In this document: positions 59,458-64,000 of the stretch, in pieces
How positions within the stretch are numbered: position 1 is the first letter of the stretch
Layout of the letters: each line of letters begins with the position of its first letter
DNA from: Candidatus Aenigmatarchaeota archaeon
GTDB taxonomy: Archaea > Aenigmatarchaeota > Aenigmatarchaeia > CG10238-14 > SpSt-28
Length of the DNA stretch: 64,000 bases
Direction: 5' to 3'
Assembly (NCBI GenBank): GCA_038733315.1
Contig: JAVYPJ010000002.1
Coordinates: 96,001-160,000, forward strand
Notes under the pieces: generated by a model
The model's database searches: none
What the model saw: only the letters and a program-made list of their open reading frames with translations
Told to the model about the DNA's origin: nothing
Position numbers and translations under genes: made by a program

Positions 59458-60648
59458 ATGTTAATAGTTTCGTTAGGAAAAACTAATGAATTTAAAATAA
59501 AGAAAAATACCATATTAGCAATTTTGTTTCTGATTGTATCAATTGTCTTATTCGTTGAAAAATCGAATGCATACCCATGTCAAAATTCACGAATAGATAT
59601 AATTGGAGAAATAAAATCTTATAGTGTGGGTGGAACGGTTTTTAGATATGTAAAACCAGGTAGTATAATAAACATAACACCAGGATGGTGTTATGTTATA
59701 ACGTGTCACTGCGGGAATACCGGCGTATGTCAACAACGTGTTTATAACTATATTTTGGTTAGTAATTGCCCTTTTAGAGGCTCTTTGGTTAAGATAGGAA
59801 ATTCAAGTATATCTACCTCTCTTACTAGAGAAGCATTCAAAAAAGCCATTTCAAATAATATCTCAGTTGATTTAAATAATCTTCCAATAGTATTTGAAAT
59901 ACCAGAATCTACAACGGGATATGATAATCAGAGATATTATTGGGATGATATATATAAAGATCCTAAAGGTCGTTGTTTTAAGAGAGGTAATCCATCAGAC
60001 AAAATAACAGATTTTAGTTGTAAAAATATAAATAGATTAACTAACAATGGAGAGAGTAGTTTAGAAATAGAGTGCGGATATTATGATGTCGTTGAAAGGT
60101 TTATGTACGACTCAATAGAAAAATTCTTCAAAGAAAAGTTAGGTAACTATAATAAATGTCAAAAAAAAGAGGAAGAGATACTATCTGATACTACTAAAAA
60201 AGAAATTTATATTTGCATAAATTATACGCTTATTAATAGTGAGAATACAACTGCTAAAGCAAAATACGAATACTCAATTGAGGAAAGTAAAATAATAAGA
60301 ATTATAAACATATCTTCGGGCGAAACTATAAGCGAGTCTAAGGAAAGCAACACAAAGGATATGGAAATTTCAATAAATTTTGAAGGGATATTCGGAGAAA
60401 TTGCTAATAAGTATTTTACTTCTACATCAGAAACAGTTTCATGTTTTATTAGAGATAGAGAGGAATGCCAAACACCGCAAATGTATGAAAAAAGTTATAC
60501 TGTACCTAAGATTGCTGAAAAAGGAAAATTAACACTCTTCATTTTTGGGAGTTATCCATCTGTTTTGATAGTCGAAAGAGAACAAAATATAATAGATAAA
60601 ATAGATAAAGCAGTAAGTTATTTAAAATCTCTACTTAAAATAGTATGA
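59458..60648 (+). CDS. secreted Cys-rich hypothetical protein
   Basis: Signal-like N-terminus, many Cys, amphipathic C-terminal tail. Confidence 0.65.
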   Translation: MLIVSLGKTNEFKIKKNTILAILFLIVSIVLFVEKSNAYPCQNSRIDIIGEIKSYSVGGTVFRYVKPGSIINITPGWCYVITCHCGNTGVCQQRVYNYILVSNCPFRGSLVKIGNSSISTSLTREAFKKAISNNISVDLNNLPIVFEIPESTTGYDNQRYYWDDIYKDPKGRCFKRGNPSDKITDFSCKNINRLTNNGESSLEIECGYYDVVERFMYDSIEKFFKEKLGNYNKCQKKEEEILSDTTKKEIYICINYTLINSENTTAKAKYEYSIEESKIIRIINISSGETISESKESNTKDMEISINFEGIFGEIANKYFTSTSETVSCFIRDREECQTPQMYEKSYTVPKIAEKGKLTLFIFGSYPSVLIVEREQNIIDKIDKAVSYLKSLLKIV

Positions 60649-61964
60649 ATAAAAAAAATATAATATTTTTATTTCTAATAATAATATTTTTGTCTTTAGT
60701 ATTTAATATTTCTAACTCTAGTAGCTTCGATTTATTGCCGTTTGCTCTTAATAACTTTCACTCTGGAGAATTACTAATAGAAACAGATAAAGAAGAATAT
60801 TCTTCTGGAGACAGTATTAAAATAAGTATAAAGCTGAGAAACAATGAGGGAGTAGTTATACCAGATACTTATCTGGTAATAGAAATTATAAAGGGTTGTG
60901 AAAAATTCTATGACGTCGAAGAAAGAGACTGCAATATAATATACGAAAAAATAGTAAAAGTTGGATATATTCTTCCTTTAGAAAGTAGGGAAATTACTCA
61001 AGAAATAAAAATTCCAGAAGATTGGACCAGCGATATCTATAGAATAGATGTATATTGGACTAGCCAGTTAGCTCCAATATACGGAGCTCCCAGTTCATTT
61101 TTTAATCCGGCTTTTAAAGTAATTAGAATATTTGGCAAAACTGACCAACAACTATCTATAAGTATATTATCAACAAAAACAAGAACAGCAGGTGGGCTTT
61201 CTCAAAGAGGGCCGGGAGTATTTGAAAATTCTAAATTTATCACGATAGATTTATATGTTTTCGCTACTGATACGTTTAGTGGAAAAGTTATATACAAGAC
61301 TTGTGAGTTTGATGATACTCTCTGTGAAGCAGGGTTTAAAGAATATGTAACAATAAAAGAATTTCCAATAAGTTGTAAAAAAGGTGAAAATTACTTTGAA
61401 CACAAAATAGAAGTTGCCAAAAAAAATACAGCATACAGTGTTAGAATGGAGATATACGATAGTTCTGGAAAACTTTATTCTATTTATAGAGGTAGATATG
61501 TAAAACTTGGCGAGGGAGCAAAGATAATAAAAATAGGTTTAAAGGACATTTCTATTAGAGAAAACGAAGAATATTTTGTCAGAATGTCCTTAACAGGGCC
61601 ATTAGAGCCAAATAGAATATATACAAGTATAAATAATGTTACAATAAAGTTTATGATATTGGATGATAACGATAAAGAAATTTATACCCATATAGATATA
61701 ATACCCAAGTTAGAGTTAAACCAACTAAGAGCTTACGAAGTAAAGTTTTTGCCAAACTTTTCATTAGAAAACTTTAGAATCTGCGTAGAATTAAGTAAGG
61801 ATGACAATATTTTAGACAAGTACTGCTCATCTAAATTATTATATGAAACTGCTAGAAAAGAAATCCCAGAGAAAACTGATTTTTGGAACATATTAGCTAT
61901 TATTATAATGATAGCCGCAATTGTAACTATTTTTATTATTATAAAGATAAAAAAGGGAAAGTAA
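60645..61964 (+). CDS. surface protein with Ig-like domains and C-terminal TM anchor
   Basis: Signal peptide; TDKEEYSSGDSIKI; C-terminal TM followed by KIKKGK. Confidence 0.7.
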   Translation: MNKKNIIFLFLIIIFLSLVFNISNSSSFDLLPFALNNFHSGELLIETDKEEYSSGDSIKISIKLRNNEGVVIPDTYLVIEIIKGCEKFYDVEERDCNIIYEKIVKVGYILPLESREITQEIKIPEDWTSDIYRIDVYWTSQLAPIYGAPSSFFNPAFKVIRIFGKTDQQLSISILSTKTRTAGGLSQRGPGVFENSKFITIDLYVFATDTFSGKVIYKTCEFDDTLCEAGFKEYVTIKEFPISCKKGENYFEHKIEVAKKNTAYSVRMEIYDSSGKLYSIYRGRYVKLGEGAKIIKIGLKDISIRENEEYFVRMSLTGPLEPNRIYTSINNVTIKFMILDDNDKEIYTHIDIIPKLELNQLRAYEVKFLPNFSLENFRICVELSKDDNILDKYCSSKLLYETARKEIPEKTDFWNILAIIIMIAAIVTIFIIIKIKKGK

Positions 61965-61966
61965 AT

Positions 61967-63808
61967 ATGATAAATATAAACGTAAGAACTTTTATAATAA
62001 TTATAATTTTACTTTTCACTAACTATGTATTTTCAAGTTCAAATACAAATTATCTCATATATGAAGCCATACCACCAGAAACAGAATTCAAACCAAGCGA
62101 AAGTTTTTCTACATGGACTAGAGAAAATAAAAACTTTGAACTAATGTGTTATGACCCTTCATTTTATATTACAATAGACTCCACAACATACCATTTACCT
62201 GGTTCTGGATGCAATGCTGCATATTACTCTCTAACAAGTTATAATTCTCCTTGTCCATTTTCCGGATATACGCAGGCCTCACTAGTGAGAGTAGAAAACG
62301 AAAATACCTTAGATGAGAAAAAAATATTTCAAGGAGTGATAACTCCGCCGAATAATTACAATTTCTTAATAGGTAAGGTTTGTTACTATTCTGTAGATAT
62401 TGCTGACAACGTAGAAAGCGTTAAAGAGTCTTCATCTCAAAACTATTACTACTGCTTTGATAGAGTAGCTCCAAAATTTGTTGGTATATCTCATTCTCCA
62501 GAATTTATAGCTAGTAAAGATAATACATTCAATCCCTATCCAAATACTTATATAGATTTTAATGGAAATTCAAAACAATTAACTCCAGACAAAATAGTTA
62601 TTGATAAGGAAAAAGTAACTATTGAAGTAGCTGCAGAAGATAAAGATCCATACGGATATGAAAGAAGTGGAATAAAATCTATTTCTATAAACTTTCTAGG
62701 CACAAATTCTATTAAATCTGATTTTCAATCCTCTTGTCCAAATGGAGCAACATATACTACGCCAGCTTCTCATTCCCATAATTTTTCAAATCCAACAATA
62801 GGATGGAATAATGTATCTTCTAGTATTACTGATTTTGCCGGAAATAGTGCATCGAACTCTAACTATAAATTTTATGTTTTCTTAGGCGCATTGGGAACTC
62901 AAAACAATCAAAGAAGTAATGATAAATTAGTATTTCTAAAAACTTATTGGGATTCTTCATCAGAAGTAAAGCAGAGAACAAATAACTTAGGTGGAAGCTC
63001 TTCTAGTAAAATTAATTGCTATGGTTATAATTCAAAATGTACACTAATTAGAGATATTATAGGAAAAACCGATGAATTTACAGATTGTTTATGGGTAGGA
63101 CCTTATAATAATCCTAGAAATGTAAAGATATATAATTTTAAAGAAATTGTCGATTTAGAAAAGAATGAAATAGCTACTGCAAGTTATTCTAAATACGAGG
63201 AGAATAATAATAAAATAATCTATGCTTGGGTAAATCCAAAAGCAGAGGATTTAAAGAAAATTGCTATTTGCTCTAAAAATGATACAGGCATTTTAGTAGA
63301 TTTACCATTCTTAGTTTCTAAAAATGTTCCAGATGGGTTTAGAATGTTGCTAACAGAAAGAAATGTTTTTTCTGTTCAATGGGAGGTAGAATATGCTAGA
63401 GAGCAAAGAGAAGTAAATGTAGAATGTTATTTAAATCCAATAATAGTAGAAAACAATGAGATTAAAATATGTACTATAAATGATATTTTAGATGGAAATT
63501 GTGATTTAAACTATTCTCAAAAATGTTATTGTGGTAATGAATTCCCATGTAAGCAAGATACATCAAAGTTTACAATTCATACTTGTAGCGTTGTTAATCC
63601 AAAATTCTATTCTGGAGAAAATAGAATAATTTGTAAGTTTTATGATCCTAGGGATAAAGGTATAAGAGCTGAAATTTGGTTTAATCACGAGTTTTATTAT
63701 GTTAACGGAAAAATAGTTAATAAAAAAGAACAAAGTATATTTGAAACTATTTTAAATTTTGTTTTAGAAAATATTGTAAAAATATTGCCGAAGATAAGCA
63801 TTGTCTAA
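61967..63808 (+). CDS. secreted Cys-rich surface protein
   Basis: Likely start ATG 61967 (MININVRTFIIII...); YYSVDIADNVE, DRVAP, TDFAGN Ig-like motifs. Confidence 0.7.
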   Translation: MININVRTFIIIIILLFTNYVFSSSNTNYLIYEAIPPETEFKPSESFSTWTRENKNFELMCYDPSFYITIDSTTYHLPGSGCNAAYYSLTSYNSPCPFSGYTQASLVRVENENTLDEKKIFQGVITPPNNYNFLIGKVCYYSVDIADNVESVKESSSQNYYYCFDRVAPKFVGISHSPEFIASKDNTFNPYPNTYIDFNGNSKQLTPDKIVIDKEKVTIEVAAEDKDPYGYERSGIKSISINFLGTNSIKSDFQSSCPNGATYTTPASHSHNFSNPTIGWNNVSSSITDFAGNSASNSNYKFYVFLGALGTQNNQRSNDKLVFLKTYWDSSSEVKQRTNNLGGSSSSKINCYGYNSKCTLIRDIIGKTDEFTDCLWVGPYNNPRNVKIYNFKEIVDLEKNEIATASYSKYEENNNKIIYAWVNPKAEDLKKIAICSKNDTGILVDLPFLVSKNVPDGFRMLLTERNVFSVQWEVEYAREQREVNVECYLNPIIVENNEIKICTINDILDGNCDLNYSQKCYCGNEFPCKQDTSKFTIHTCSVVNPKFYSGENRIICKFYDPRDKGIRAEIWFNHEFYYVNGKIVNKKEQSIFETILNFVLENIVKILPKISIV

Positions 63809-63999
63809 ACCTTTCCAACAAATCCAGGTTTATGAGAAAATAGTTCCCCACTCAATTTCATCTTATTTAAAATCTCTTCAACATCATCAACTCCTTGGTC
63901 CTTCGCTCTTCTTATTATTTCCTCTTCGGGTATCATATTTCCAAAAACCTTTGATAACTCATCTATAATCTTTTTAACTGTCCTTATTTTACCTCTTTG
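63805..63999 (-). CDS. mcm: MCM helicase C-terminal winged-helix, partial (5' part outside window)
   Basis: QRGKIRTVKKIIDEL...IPEEEIIRRAKDQG...MKLSGELFSHKPGFV* resembles the archaeal MCM C-terminus. Confidence 0.7.
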   Translation of the reverse strand, partial: QRGKIRTVKKIIDELSKVFGNMIPEEEIIRRAKDQGVDDVEEILNKMKLSGELFSHKPGFVGKV

Positions 64000-64000
64000 C

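Overview
Very AT-rich, gene-dense archaeal chromosome segment. Scrambled ribosomal-protein gene order, SepF, PINA, a short histone, a prepilin peptidase and Cys-rich surface proteins point to a reduced DPANN-type genome (inference; possibly Aenigmarchaeota-like). Content is mostly housekeeping: thermosome/prefoldin, SMC-ScpA, Mre11-Rad50, Arg/Ser/Ala-tRNA synthetases, class II RNR, GDH, IscS/IscU, EF-2, aRF1, the MCM 3' end, and 9 tRNA genes (3 with introns, none encoding CCA). No CRISPR array, rRNA, transposase or integrase was recognised. The most unusual signals: (1) an otherwise intact aRF1 whose universal GGQ motif reads GGWSQ; (2) an intron-containing tRNA-Ile(UAU); (3) EF-2 with a 488-aa LAGLIDADG intein in an altered P-loop; (4) a tetraether-lipid-synthase (Tes/MJ0619-type) radical SAM homolog lacking its N-terminal metal-site cysteines; (5) an SMC with roughly half-length arms; (6) an AlaRS without the C-Ala domain, overlapped by an unannotated 43-aa ORF resembling its own last helix. 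All family calls come from motif recognition by eye; no searches were run.
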